A stretch of 63,989 bases of DNA, the filler included, from Octopus bimaculoides (taxonomy: Eukaryota), in NCBI RefSeq assembly GCF_001194135.2. It is 6 parts of 6 records of this genome, joined end to end, with 100 filler letters (N's around TTAATTAATTAA, not from the genome) between each part and the next. Parts side by side here need not be neighbours in the genome. Positions count along the whole stretch, not along the records: positions 45,769 to 57,200 come from NC_069000.1; positions 57,301 to 62,881 come from NC_068982.1; positions 62,982 to 63,989 come from NW_026353715.1; 3 more parts are not named here. One strand, given 5' to 3'. Under the pieces are notes generated by a model. The model saw only the letters and a program-made list of their open reading frames with translations, did not search any database and had not been told where the DNA came from. This document shows, one piece after another, positions 51,093-63,989 of the stretch. How positions within the stretch are numbered: position 1 is the stretch's first letter; each line of letters opens with the position of its first letter. The position numbers were made by a program, and so were the translations under genes.

Positions 51093-51336
51093 TTTCCATT
51101 TCTTTCCACTAAAACTTATTATCGTTTTGTGTCAAAGTCATTCACACACACACACACACACACACCCATACATACACACACATACACACACACACACGCA
51201 GGCACGCACGTACACATACCCACACACAAACACACACATATATACACACACATACATATATGCATATTTATTTATAGACACACACATATACATATTTATA
51301 TAGGCTTAAATATTACATAGATATACACGTATATAC

Positions 51337-51417
<81 letters not shown>

Positions 51418-52760
51418 CATTATTATTATTATAGGCGTTGTACTAATTGTTTAGTGTATTTACATTATCAGGAGCTAATTTGCAAGACTTTCACAAGTCA
51501 GCTTCGATTTCTAATTTCTGTCATCGTCAGCTGCCATTGTCAGCTGTTGCTCTATAATCTTGTAGTGTCCACGCCAACGCCATTGGTTATAGATGTCCAT
51601 TTTGTTTATACTTTATTTTCTCTGCTATTTATTGTATAGAGATGTTCGTATCCGTGCATATTTGTCTTCCGTATCGATACATCGATCTTTGTTAAGACGC
51701 TGGAGCAATTATCACGGTTCGAGCGCCATTTTACATAATTTCCAAAGTAATTATGTTTGTCTTTCTTCTTTGTATTTGTTTCCTTGTCGTAGGCTAAACG
51801 CCCCTGGCTTTTTAACCCCTTTTCTTTTATCGTTTATCTTCTGCTTTTCTCAGTCATTTGAATGCGGCCATGCTGGAGTACTGCCCTCATGAATTTTTAA
51901 TCGAGCGAATCGTTCCCGCTACTTGTTGTTTTAAATCCTGTACTTGTTTTTTCAGTGTCCTATACAGACCCGCCAAGTTAGGGGGTCGTGAAGACACGAA
52001 CACCGGTTGTCAAGCGGTGGTGGAGAAGAAATAAAGACACAAACACACACAAACACTTACACATGCATACATGCACACAGGATGCGATGGGTAAATTGTC
52101 GGCCTTTAAATTTTTTTTATTTCGTGCATGCGCAATGTTTGTTTCTGATTTTGTCGACTACACCGTATTGGAGGGTCAGTTGGAGATCGTCTGTGAGAAA
52201 AAACAGCATCATGATGCTATTCACTGTCAGAAATATTGAAACGGCATGCTGTAGTGCTTGGCATTCACGCCGGAAGCTCCATTACGAATATTTAAGAGTG
52301 TTTGGGTGTCAATCTGAGGATTGTGCTGTCAAATACATTGACTGTCAAATACATTGACTGTCAAATACAGTGACAAGGCTTTGCTCGGCCCGAGTCTCCG
52401 CTGGAAGACAGTCGCCCGGAAACAGATGAAACACAACGAAGTTTCTTAAAACACAGCCACGCCAACGCTCAGAACATCCTGAGAAATCAGACAGTTACAT
52501 GTAGGACGGGTCGTATTTCTGACTATGATTGTATGGACCCTGGGAAAGTAATCCGTCAAATCAGAAAAATGTAAAAATATATGTCTGCTAAGGATCTCAG
52601 CATTGTCGGTGTTATCACAATCGCCATCATCTGTCCCACAGACGAAAATATCATCATTGTATTCTTGACCCTCTTCGTGCCCAAGATTGTCATCATTATA
52701 ATCATCATCAGCAGCAGCAACATTATCGCCAGTATTACCATCATAGTTTTACTTCATCAA

Positions 52761-52797
<37 letters not shown>

Positions 52798-53501
52798 TCT
52801 ATCGTCAGTATTGTTATTGTTGTATTCCGTATCGTTTCCATGGTGATGGTAATGGACACGAAAACTTACTTCAGCTTTTGCTAGCGACGTGTTGCTATAC
52901 CTATAAACAAATACACACACACACGTGCGCGTGCACACACACACGCACGCACTCACATATGCATGTATGCATATACATATGTATGAACGTATGTTTGCAA
53001 AAACGTGCGTAGGAAAATACACAATCACTTGTACAACAATGCATCCAGCTCGTCATGCAGCCGGTTACACCAACAACATAAAGTCTTCCAATACACAAAG
53101 CAACGAGCGTTTTTATCTGATGCAACCTAACGCCATGATGACTTTTATTCATCTAGATCTGTAACGTTTTATTGGCTATCACATGCCTCCTAATGAGTTT
53201 GGAGAGATTGTAATGTTGGTGAAGTGGCTTTGCCTGATCTTCGGTAGCAGTAGATTAATGTGGAGCAGATGGAAGAGAAATAAAATAAATAGTTGTTAAT
53301 GGCGTTTGTGCTGGTCGGGGCTGGAGGCTACGAGGGTAAAGATAGGAAATCTTGTGTGTTCATCATTCACAGAAGTACAATGCCTGCTTTCTATTGTTAG
53401 AATTAGCGAAGAATACATGCATGTGTGTGCTGTATGTATGTATTAATGTGTATACATACATATATATATATATATACATGCATACCCATACACACACACA
53501 G

Positions 53502-53536
<35 letters not shown>

Positions 53537-53848
53537 CCTGTGTATGTGTATATATGTATATGTGTACATACGTACGCTAGACGTATGTATAATGTGTGTT
53601 GGGATATTTTTTGAAGTGTATTTTTCGAATTTCTTACTAATGGAGAGAGAGCGAGTTTATAACCTAGAAACAGTGATTTTTTTTATTGGAATTTAAGCAT
53701 GAGCGGAAGATTCTTCTATGTATGTATGTATGTATGTATATGATTAATCAGTTTTATTACAAGATGTCTTGCCAATAGAGAAAGGGCCAATTTCGAACCT
53801 AGATCCATTGGAATTTCAACATGAGCAGTGTATTTTTGTATGTATGGA

Positions 53849-53882
<34 letters not shown>

Positions 53883-54165
53883 TGTGTGTGTGTGTGCACT
53901 CGACAGGAAATAATTTTTGCCTCTTTAAATAAATAAATAAATATATATATATATGTGTGCGTGTGTGTGTGTGTGTGTGAGTAGATGTTCAAATGCGAAT
54001 ATTTGTATAGATATTATTATTGTTATTATTTGTGGTGGTTTAGCTGAGGGCTTTAACTTCACTTTCTAGCAGGTAGGCGCTTTGTGTGCCCTTATGATAA
54101 ATATATTCATATATACACATGTCTGTGTATGTATGAATATATGTATGTATGTAAATATATGTATG

Positions 54166-54202
<37 letters not shown>

Positions 54203-56096
54203 NNNNNNNNNNNNNNNNNNNNNNNNNNNNNNNNNNNNNNNNNNNNNNNNNNNNNNNNNNNNNNNNNNNNNNNNNNNNNNNNNNNNNNNNNNNNNNNNNN
54301 NNNNNNNNNNNNNNNNNNNNNNNNNNNNNNNNNNNNNNNNNNNNNNNNNNNNNNNNNNNNNNNNNNNNNNNNNNNNNNNNNNNNNNNNNNNNNNNNNNNN
54401 NNNNNNNNNNNNNNNNNNNNNNNNNNNNNNNNNNNNNNNNNNNNNNNNNNNNNNNNNNNNNNNNNNNNNNNNNNNNNNNNNNNNNNNNNNNNNNNNNNNN
54501 NNNNNNNNNNNNNNNNNNNNNNNNNNNNNNNNNNNNNNNNNNNNNNNNNNNNNNNNNNNNNNNNNNNNNNNNNNNNNNNNNNNNNNNNNNNNNNNNNNNN
54601 NNNNNNNNNNNNNNNNNNNNNNNNNNNNNNNNNNNNNNNNNNNNNNNNNNNNNNNNNNNNNNNNNNNNNNNNNNNNNNNNNNNNNNNNNNNNNNNNNNNN
54701 NNNNNNNNNNNNNNNNNNNNNNNNNNNNNNNNNNNNNNNNNNNNNNNNNNNNNNNNNNNNNNNNNNNNNNTATACATATATATGTATATATTTATATATA
54801 TCAATATATACGTATGTATATATAGAGAGAGATTTGATGTATATCTCTATACATATGCATATCTCTTTCTGCTTGCATGCTTCTATCGAATTATATTCTT
54901 GTATATGGTATTTGTAATATGATCTATAGCTAAATCCCACATAAACCTCATTCAATGAGAATGCATTTCCTCTCATGAAAGTTGCTGTATGATAATAAAG
55001 TTGGAACTCGTGCTTATCTTGATGTGATTGTTAAACCTGGTGACAGTCATAAGAGATATTAGAAATGCATTGGTTTGTCCATCAAAGTTAATATCATTCT
55101 AAATATGAAGCAGATGAGCTAGTAGACCTCATGAGAATCATACAGGATGGACGGTCGAAATTTTCTTGGATTGTACTCGTTTGAAAATTGCGCATTTAGT
55201 TTCTGAAATACCCTCTTCTGTAAAATCTACTACTTGAAGCAGATCCCCCGGATAAGTCTTGTTATATTAATTGAAACAGTTATTAAATACATACATACAT
55301 ATGTAGATATTATAGTAGAGATGTGTTCTGTTAAGAACGTATAAGAGTACAAATAGAGCTCGTTCACCCTTAGAATTCCCAAATAGCCGGGAGTATTGTT
55401 ATGGTATGCAACCAATTCTAGTCTTAGGTATTCCTCGTGTGTGAAAATAAAAAGTAAAAAGTAAGAGTCAAAAGGAAGAGTAAGTACGGTTAGGTAGCTT
55501 TTTAATCACTACAAATGTTTCGATACATGCAGATACTCGTATATACAGGATTTGAAGTTAAGTTTAAATACAGGTAACGATTTAACTGTATAAGATCTAT
55601 ATCTACCTATATAAGAAGATCTATCAGGCGATACTCAGTTGGTGTCTCCGTAAATAAATCTAGATTTCCATGCTACAACATCCATGGCTTCTTCTTTCAA
55701 ACTAAAGTAACATTCGAAACTCCACATGTTATAATGACANNNNNNNNNNCATACATGTATATACATACATGTATACATATATATATTCTATTATTTATAT
55801 ATTATCCATATTAAATGAGACAGCGCATTCAATAATCCAAGTTACTTTCAACAACCTCGATCGATTTCTCTCCATCATTTGCGCATAAAATATTTTCGCA
55901 CAAACACCCCACACACACGCACATACACAGACTCATACACACAGTCACATAAGCATAGAGATACACGCTGTCAGGGACACACACAAGGACATACCAGATT
56001 AATTTAACAATGGCGCTTGACAACCATAGCGAGCTGTTTCCCTTCTGTAGAAATTTATTTTGTGCGGTTGTCGTTATTGTTCATACCCTGATCACT

Positions 56097-56342
<246 letters not shown>

Positions 56343-56911
56343 TTGTCTTTGTTGTGGTTTTTGCTATTGCTCTGACAGACATTGATTTATCGGACATAAA
56401 TTATTATTATTATTATTGTTGTTTTTGCTGTTGTTATTTACCTTTTGTCCGCGCAAAATCAAGCATCGTGATTTGAACCGCCCCAATAAAGTGACACTAT
56501 TTCGCCATCGACTTAGCCGTTGGCTGTCAATAACTTGACAAATGAGCCGGCCATAAATAACCAAAGACACCAACAGCTAGAACAACAACAGTAGCAACAA
56601 CAATAACAATAACAATAACAACGCCAACAATGGTAGCACCTCTACTACTACCATCAACGTCAACCAGTTCGACAAACACCAATGGATGACAGTAAAACAA
56701 TACGCCATAGAAAACCATATTTATGACAAAAGAAATCATAACATGTTTTTTTTTACTTGACTTTTTGTCACGTGACTGTCGCATCATATCAACAAGAATT
56801 GTCTTCTCTTTGTTCACAATATTCTTGGAAACGACAACTATTTACCTCCCACTTCATTGAACGACTGTTTGGCTCTACTTTCTCTTCCATAATCAATAAA
56901 TGAGTGTTTTC

Positions 56912-56913
<2 letters not shown>

Positions 56914-56989
<76 letters not shown>

Positions 56990-57200
56990 TATTATCCATA
57001 TTATTATTATTATTATTATTCAGTAATTTTATTTTTATAACGTGCTTTCACTTCACTACCGAGCGCAGCTCTGTGCGCCTTGGGTATGTGCTGTGGTTTG
57101 CTGTGGTGCTCTTATGTTTACTGTATTGAAAGTGTTTTGCGTAGAATGTGTGCAGTACCCAGTAGTGCAATTTTCTGTATGTTATATATATTTGTAAGTC
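56914..57200 (-). mobile_element. 3' end of an R4/Dong-like LINE with (TAA)n tail
   Basis: Minus strand reads IQKIALLGTAHILRKTLSIQ*, followed by a 3' UTR and a long triplet tail. Confidence 0.75.
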
Positions 57201-58795
57201 NNNNNNNNNNNNNNNNNNNNNNNNNNNNNNNNNNNNNNNNNNNNTTAATTAATTAANNNNNNNNNNNNNNNNNNNNNNNNNNNNNNNNNNNNNNNNNNNN
57301 ATATATATATATAAATTAAAAGGGTAAAGGTTTATCAATTTATTAATTTATTAATAAATCAACAATTAATAATTTTTACCAAGCCCTTCGGTATGTAAGC
57401 ACCATTATCGGTGGAGAACTTATTTAAAAGTTCATATACATTTATAAACATAATTAAGGGATCAGCAAATATTTGCTTCACGACATACCGAAGTTCAGAA
57501 ATAGCATATATATATATACACATGCACTTGTAGAACACATATGTGTTTGTGTAGCGGATGTAGCTACATAGGTAGGTAGAGATAGAGGTGGAGAAGGAGG
57601 ATCCCCCCTCCTATTCACCATTCATTTATTCATTTTGTAATTTACCATTGTTTTGAAATGGCTTTAAGGATGGTGACCTCTCGAAGAAAAATATGTTGTA
57701 GTCATCACTGAAAGTCTTTTTGCTTTCTTTCTCTTTTCCCCCTCTTCTTTCTTTTTCCTTCGTCTTTTTCTCCTCTTTCCTACTTTTCTCCTCTATTTAG
57801 AATACAAAATGCACTGTCTACGTTTTTCTATTAAACATTCAATACTGGAGAGAATTATTTGATGAAATGAAGTTCTCAAAATTTATGGAGATGTGCATTA
57901 TGTTTCCAGTATTTAAGTTATATTTTAGAGTACAAAATATACTGTCTTCGCTTGTCTTTTATGCATTCAATTTTGGAGAGAATTTTTTGATGAAATGTAG
58001 TTTCATTATTTTTCAGTATTGTTGATCGTCCCGTAAAAGGGAAAAAATTTGAATTTTCCGTCGCTGCAAATTTTCAGATGCTTACTTAGTGAAATCTTGC
58101 GCTCTTGTTGGATATGTTGCCTGTGGATTCTTGTGCCTTTAAGTTGGTTGAGTCGTATTTCACGTATATATATATANNNNNNNNNNNNNNNNNNNNNNNN
58201 NNNNNNNNNNNNNNNNNNNNNNNNNNNNNNNNNNNNNNNNNNNNNNNNNNNNNNNNNNNNNNNNNNNNNNNNNNNNNNNNNNNNNNNNNNNNNNNNNNNN
58301 NNNNNNNNNNNNNNNNNNNNNNNNNNNNNNNNNNNNNNNNNNNNNNNNNNNNNNNNNNNNNNNNNNNNNNNNNNNNNNNNNNNNNNNNNNNNNNNNNNNN
58401 NNNNNNNNNNNNNNNNNNNNNNNNNNNNNNNNNNNNNNNNNNNNNNNNNNNNNNNNNNNNNNNNNNNNNNNNNNNNNNNNNNNNNNNNNNNNNNNNNNNN
58501 NNNNNNNNNNNNNNNNNNNNNNNNNNNNNNNNNNNNNNNNNNNNNNNNNNNNNNNNNNNNNNNNNNCATATATACACACACATGTAGGTTGATATGTATC
58601 GTTATTGAGAGTTTGTATGAAACTAAACCATTTATGTCAATATAACTCTTAAAAGAAAGGGAATATAATTTCGCTATATTTTAATATCATGTTAAATATA
58701 TTTACTTCAATGATTTGTTTTCAGACATTCCTTTACGTAACGAGATTCGTAATTCTTTCTTCACTTCTCATTTTTTTTTTTTTTTTTACTTATAG

Positions 58796-59037
58796 CTGCC
58801 GATGGGAACACTGAATAAGCGGTTTTTTTAGCTGGAAATAAAAGCCAACTTGCGATGAATGCTGTACATTAGTGTTCAGTGACCGGAGATGCGGAAACGA
58901 GCAACATACCACGTGTTTCCAAAGCTACATCTGACATCCGATTCATCTTGATGGTGTAGTCCCTCATCTAGAATAGACATCAATGTCTGGGTTGAAATGG
59001 TGTCAAGCATACTCGATGGATATTTTAAACAGTTCTG
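58796..59037 (+). other. Candidate non-coding 5' UTR exon of the GluN2-like gene
   Basis: Long T-tract acceptor ...TTTTTTTACTTATAG| ending 58795; donor CTG|GTATAT at 59038; unique sequence 0.6 kb upstream of the ATG. Confidence 0.45.
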
Positions 59038-59119
59038 GTATATGTTTCGTTTTTCCGCCGAGAATATGAAATTATTTCAGCTTATTTTAGTTTTCCACAA
59101 TTAATATTTTCGTTTATAG

Positions 59120-59312
59120 AAAATTTCACAATTTCTGTTTATTTATTCCAACACCACTTATTTGAAAGCAAATCCCCAAACCAGTTATTGATCATTGGTC
59201 AACAGAGGTATCATATGTCGTGTCAGAACATATGATATGTAGTAAAAATGAATATATGCTGGAGAATACAAATGATACAATGAGATAGAAAGTGCCTGTT
59301 TCATACTGAAAG
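59120..59312 (+). other. Second candidate 5' UTR exon of the GluN2-like gene
   Basis: Acceptor ATTTTCGTTTATAG| ending 59119 closes an 82-nt GT-AG intron from 59038; donor AAG|GTATTG at 59313. Confidence 0.35.
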
Positions 59313-59509
59313 GTATTGTCTCTATCTATATTGGTATCTCTTCATCTATTCGTTCTTCTCTGTTTGAAAAATATAAATATTTATATATGTGTATGCTGGC
59401 ACCTATGACGGAAGGTTTGTGAGTATGTGTCGATATACAGATATGTATCCTCTGGCTTCGTAAAGAAAATTCAGAAGGCTGTTGTGATATATTTTATTCT
59501 GGTTTCAAA

Positions 59510-59561
<52 letters not shown>

Positions 59562-59652
59562 CATTTGATCTTATTCTAAAATCATATTGTCATCAAAAAA
59601 AGGGTTTGGCCGAGTTGTGAAGTAAAAGAAAATACATATATAAACTCACAAC

Positions 59653-60072
59653 ATGGCCCATATTAATACTTGCATCTTACTGCTGTTTATTGCATTGAAT
59701 TTATCAGCTATTGAAAGTCTCAACCAGGGAACACCACCGACAGTCAGTATGGCTGTATTAGTACCTGAGAGCCCTTTTAAGAAGTCACAACTCATTGGAT
59801 ATATTATACGCTCAATCAATCAATATCGACGCAAACAACTGCCATTTAAACCAACCGGTTACCTACAGTCTATTAAATCTGGGAGTACCAAAGAAATACT
59901 GGATGCTTTTTGCAATGATTTCTTTCGGAACAATACCATAGCCATAATGTATATTAACAACCAAGTCATATTACAAGGGGACCCCTCTGCGGGGAGTTAT
60001 GTAACTCAGTTGGCGCACGCAGTTGGAATACCCGTCATTTCCTGGAATCCCGATCGTACCATGGCAATTCAG
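59653..60072 (+). CDS. Nmdar2: First coding exon (140 codons, phase-0 donor) of an NMDA-type glutamate receptor GluN2/NR2-like subunit: signal peptide plus start of the amino-terminal domain
   Basis: ATG in CAAC-ATG-G context with an in-frame TAA at 59641-59643. Hydrophobic signal peptide MAHINTCILLLFIALNLSAIES. Motif EILDAFCNDFFRNNTIAIMYINN...[23 protein letters not shown] matches the invertebrate NR2 ATD pattern as recalled from Drosophila Nmdar2 (LCKEFL..NVSAILY...[23 protein letters not shown]). Donor CAG|GTAAGC at 60072/60073. The ORF-track tail VSNQSLISSN is intron read-through. Confidence 0.88.
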
Positions 60073-61799
60073 GTAAGCAATCAATCTTTAATCTCTTCTA
60101 ATTAACGTTAAATTTGTTTTCAGATTTCCATTAGAAGTAATTCTAATTTCACAACTTGTCTAGCACACTTACCATCATCTAAATGACAGAATTTCTGCTA
60201 AGAAAAGAAATTCTCTTATGTAATAACATTAGAATCGTATTGTTTAAGAATAGTTATTATTTATCCGAAATATTAAAGAATCAATATTGGAGTTATTGTT
60301 GTGTAGAGTCGATAAATCCATGTTTTACTTCCTAACTTTATAGCACGAAATGTTTATTGGTTTCTCTTTGGCGTTTTATTGATTCATAAAAAAGGGGCAT
60401 CATTTGACAATTGATATATGAATAAATTTGAATAAACGGAATTGAATAAATCCTTGCAAGTGTAGACTGGGATATCTATGAAGTAGTAAAAGAAAAATAT
60501 GAAGAAATGTTCTACCTAAATTTCGCACACTATAAAAATCAATATATTTCTTTCTTCTGCCATGCAAGCATTATGCTATATTGCGAAGGAAGACGAAAAC
60601 CAAAAGGAAAAAAAAAAAAAAAAACAGATTATGATGAACGTTTTTTTATGACTAATTCTGTTTGAAAGTTGACGTATAACAGTAGTAGTACAAAAGTTGA
60701 TTCGAGATACCATTTAACAAAAAAAAAAGTTGAGAGAAAAAATATATTTATCCGTCTGTTTACGTTTACTGCCATGCGTTTTATAAAGGGAGAGTAAAGC
60801 TTTCCAAGTTGATATTGGGTTTGAAATTCTCGACTCTTGCATGAAGAGATCTTTTATCTTGACCTCTTTCCATGAATGACAAATAAAATATTCTACAACA
60901 AAGAGACGCTTCTTCGTAACGTAATTCTTGAGCGTCATATATTCTTGAATTCTATACTTGATGTATTTTTCAACGAATTTTCAACTTAGTTTTGTCTTGT
61001 AGCTGTTGCATCTAAATGTTAATGTCTCTTTCTGTATTTGTTCTCATAATTCTCTCCTCTAAAGACTAATATTTCTTACTGATAGTTTTACATTTGTCAT
61101 TCATCATATTGCAAATCACATGCGTGCGTGCGCATACGGCTTGTGTAAATAATGTATTCTTGTTGTTATCTAGCATTCTCATTTTCATTACTGCTGTAAA
61201 TTTCCATGTTTATTTTTCCAGTATGACAACACACCCCGCTGTCACTCTGGTCGTTTTAATCATTATCTCATGTGTCCCTACTGTGATTAACATCTTTGTT
61301 CTTAGTGTTGTTCATTATTGTTCATTTAGTATTGCAGCCATTGTTTCTAGTAATGCTGGAATATATTTGAACAAGTACTCTGCATACCTTTACTATTTGT
61401 ATTTTTGTTTGCTCTGCTCCACAGGAGAAAGTTAGCTATCACAATCGTTATGGGAATCATAGCCATGCGGAAATCAATTTTTGCCTTTCAGGCACAAGCA
61501 AATAGCAATTAACAATTTTCTCTTCTGTTTGTTATAATTAAGCTCTCCTCCTATTTCTTGACAAAATAACTGCAGTATAATCATTTCCAACAATAACTAA
61601 TGATTCAGAGCGTGATAATAATTATAACTATATTACTATAACACACGTAGTGAAATATAACTATAACAGCGGACAATCACACTAGAGCGCCTTCAATACG
61701 CCTTTTGTTTTTTTTGTTTTTTGTTCGGTTTTTTTTTTGCATTTTTATTGTTTTGTTTTCGCAATATCAACAGCAACATCATCCTCGACAAAACTGATT

Positions 61800-62520
61800 T
61801 GTTACCGGAAGGAGGGTAAGAAAGGAAGCTACAGATGCGAGAACCGGCTACCCATCAATAAAGTCAATATGACGAGAAATCAAATCAAATATACTGAATC
61901 AATCAACAGCAGGGATCGACTACAAGAAGGTATTTTACAGGAAGCCGCACTTGTGGGTAAAGGAGAGCCTCAAGATCTACATGGTCTGCCCAACAAGTGT
62001 CAGATTTCTTACATAGAGCGTGAAAATCTGGACGGACACACTGAATCTCTACCACGACAAATGAACATAAGAAGTGGCATCTTCCAAGAGAACAAACTAC
62101 TAACTCTACTCCTCTACCTTTGCACCAGCACCACTTCTTGGCAGACCACAATACAGGAATAGCCATGTATCTACCTCATTGGGTGGTAAAGCAAGCCACC
62201 TTTTCTACAATAACGACCAGATGACGGTTGTCAAGGACCACAACTGACTGACGAGTAAATTCAACATCATCAAAATCATCAACCCCAACATCAAGATGAA
62301 GGGAAGTATCATTAAGTGCATTAAATATAACTATAAGAGAGGAAAACTGAGCAATACTGCAAACTTAAGCTTTGATACTTACACCGTGATTAGAAAGATC
62401 GATAAAGATGGCACATACAGCTACCTGGATGTGAACTGAGGACACTGCATACAACACTCAGCTATGAATGACACGATCTGGAGGGTGCTTATGGTGTTAG
62501 GAATTGAACTGAATGCACCA
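61800..62520 (+). mobile_element. Degenerate R4/Dong-like non-LTR reverse transcriptase fragment
   Basis: IDYKKVF (61915-61935), PHLWVKESL and IRSGIFQ motifs across frameshifts. Confidence 0.7.
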
Positions 62521-62981
62521 GCTGACAGATTTATAGCTATTAATTCCTTTAAAATACTGTAAATATGCCTCTAAGTTAGCCACATGGAGCCGAACACAGA
62601 GTGGACAAAATACAATGTAGAGCTTTTCTTTTCGAAAGAAAAAAGAAGAAAATAGAAAAACTGGAGGAAAAAATTCCGATCAAAAGGAATCGTGTAAAAC
62701 GAAGAAAAACATCCGATCAAAGGGGATCGTGTTTCACAGAACAGAGTAAAAATGTAAAAAAAAAACAGATTAGGTTTGTCTGCGGAAAGAAAAGCCTACG
62801 AAAAAGAGCACGGTAACCTCAGGCAGGGATGGAAAAGCATATAAGAGCAAAAAGCTCCCTCTCTCTCTCTCTCTCTCTCTCNNNNNNNNNNNNNNNNNNN
62901 NNNNNNNNNNNNNNNNNNNNNNNNNTTAATTAATTAANNNNNNNNNNNNNNNNNNNNNNNNNNNNNNNNNNNNNNNNNNNN

Positions 62982-63017
<36 letters not shown>

Positions 63018-63726
63018 CACACTCACACATAATTGTACACAGACCCGTGCATGTATGTGTGTGTACATACACAAATATTTACATGCACTCATACATGTAT
63101 ACATACCTGAGTATATCTGTATCTATATGTATGTGTCTACGTTTGTGAATGTGTATGGATGTAATGAAATTCAAAAGAAAAATACAAAGAAAAGATTGAA
63201 AATAATTAAGTTAGAAAAATACAATTAAAGAAGAAAATTGTAAGCTGGCAAGAAATAGCCTGTAGGTGAAAGATAAAGAGATTTTTATCTGTAAATTATA
63301 GATTTTTATTTGAGTGCAATAAATGAAAACAGTGAGACAGAAATTTATTGCTGATTATAACAATCAAAAATGAAATTGCAATATTTAATTACAATAAAAA
63401 TAGGAAACCTCACCACATTGAAGAAAAAAAAAATTACAAATTAAAGCAAAACACACCTCAAAATAAATCAATACACACATATATATATATGTGTGTTTGT
63501 GTGTGTATGTATATGTAATAAATATATATATATATTTATATATGTATTTGTGCAAGAAAGGGGGAAAAAAATGTTCAAGTGCCTTTCTTGATTTAAAAAA
63601 AATCTTAATTGTTCAGCATTAAATGAAATATTATGTCATATTCATGAAAGACATATATATATATTATATATACGTACACACATATATATATATATATAAT
63701 TTCAAGCCTTGTGCCTATACTTGAAA

Positions 63727-63773
<47 letters not shown>

Positions 63774-63774
63774 T

Positions 63775-63989
63775 CTCTTTTACTCTTTTACTTGTTTCAG
63801 TCATTTGGCTGTGGTCATGTGGGAGCACTGCCTTTAGTTGAGCAAATCAACCCCAGGACTTATTCATTGTAAGCCTAGTACTTATTCTATCGGTCTCTTT
63901 TGCCAAACCGCTAAGTGACAGGGACGTAAATGCACCAGCATCGGTTGTCAAGCGATGGTGGGGTGGGGGGGACAAACACAGACACACAA
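63775..63989 (-). mobile_element. SINE family A, 3' half running off the window
   Basis: Reverse complement of the family 3' half. Confidence 0.85.

Noticed and set aside
61425-61505. Exon 2 of the GluN2-like gene after a good CCACAG acceptor
   Set aside because: The phase-0 frame (EKVSYHNRYG...) stops and lacks the expected LQLAP/WxxF ATD motifs.

Overview
AT-rich, repeat-saturated eukaryotic genomic DNA with about 5.4 kb of N gaps. The SINE families, microsatellite load and NNN-TTAATTAATTAA-NNN scaffold spacers resemble an Octopus (O. bimaculoides-type) draft assembly; this species call is inference from recalled repeats, not a search. Only one protein-coding segment is well supported: the first coding exon (59653-60072, +) of a divergent NMDA receptor GluN2/NR2-type subunit, with candidate 5' UTR exons and a candidate promoter near 50.3 kb. 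Its downstream exons are not in the window. A decayed, internally duplicated multi-exon gene relic lies on the minus strand at about 6.5-13.7 kb. The rest is tRNA-derived SINEs, LINE fragments (RTE, Tx1/L1, R4/Dong), DNA transposon remnants (hAT, Tc1/mariner), foldback elements and microsatellites. Nearly all entries in the ORF track are microsatellite or N-gap artefacts. The most unusual signal is a set of minimal hammerhead ribozyme motifs from several unrelated short elements: one fused to a tRNA-derived Pol III head (a ribozyme-carrying SINE with Penelope-like inverted ends), one with a G3-C8 swapped catalytic core, and one near-intact canonical GUC hammerhead. None of these has been tested for activity or novelty here.
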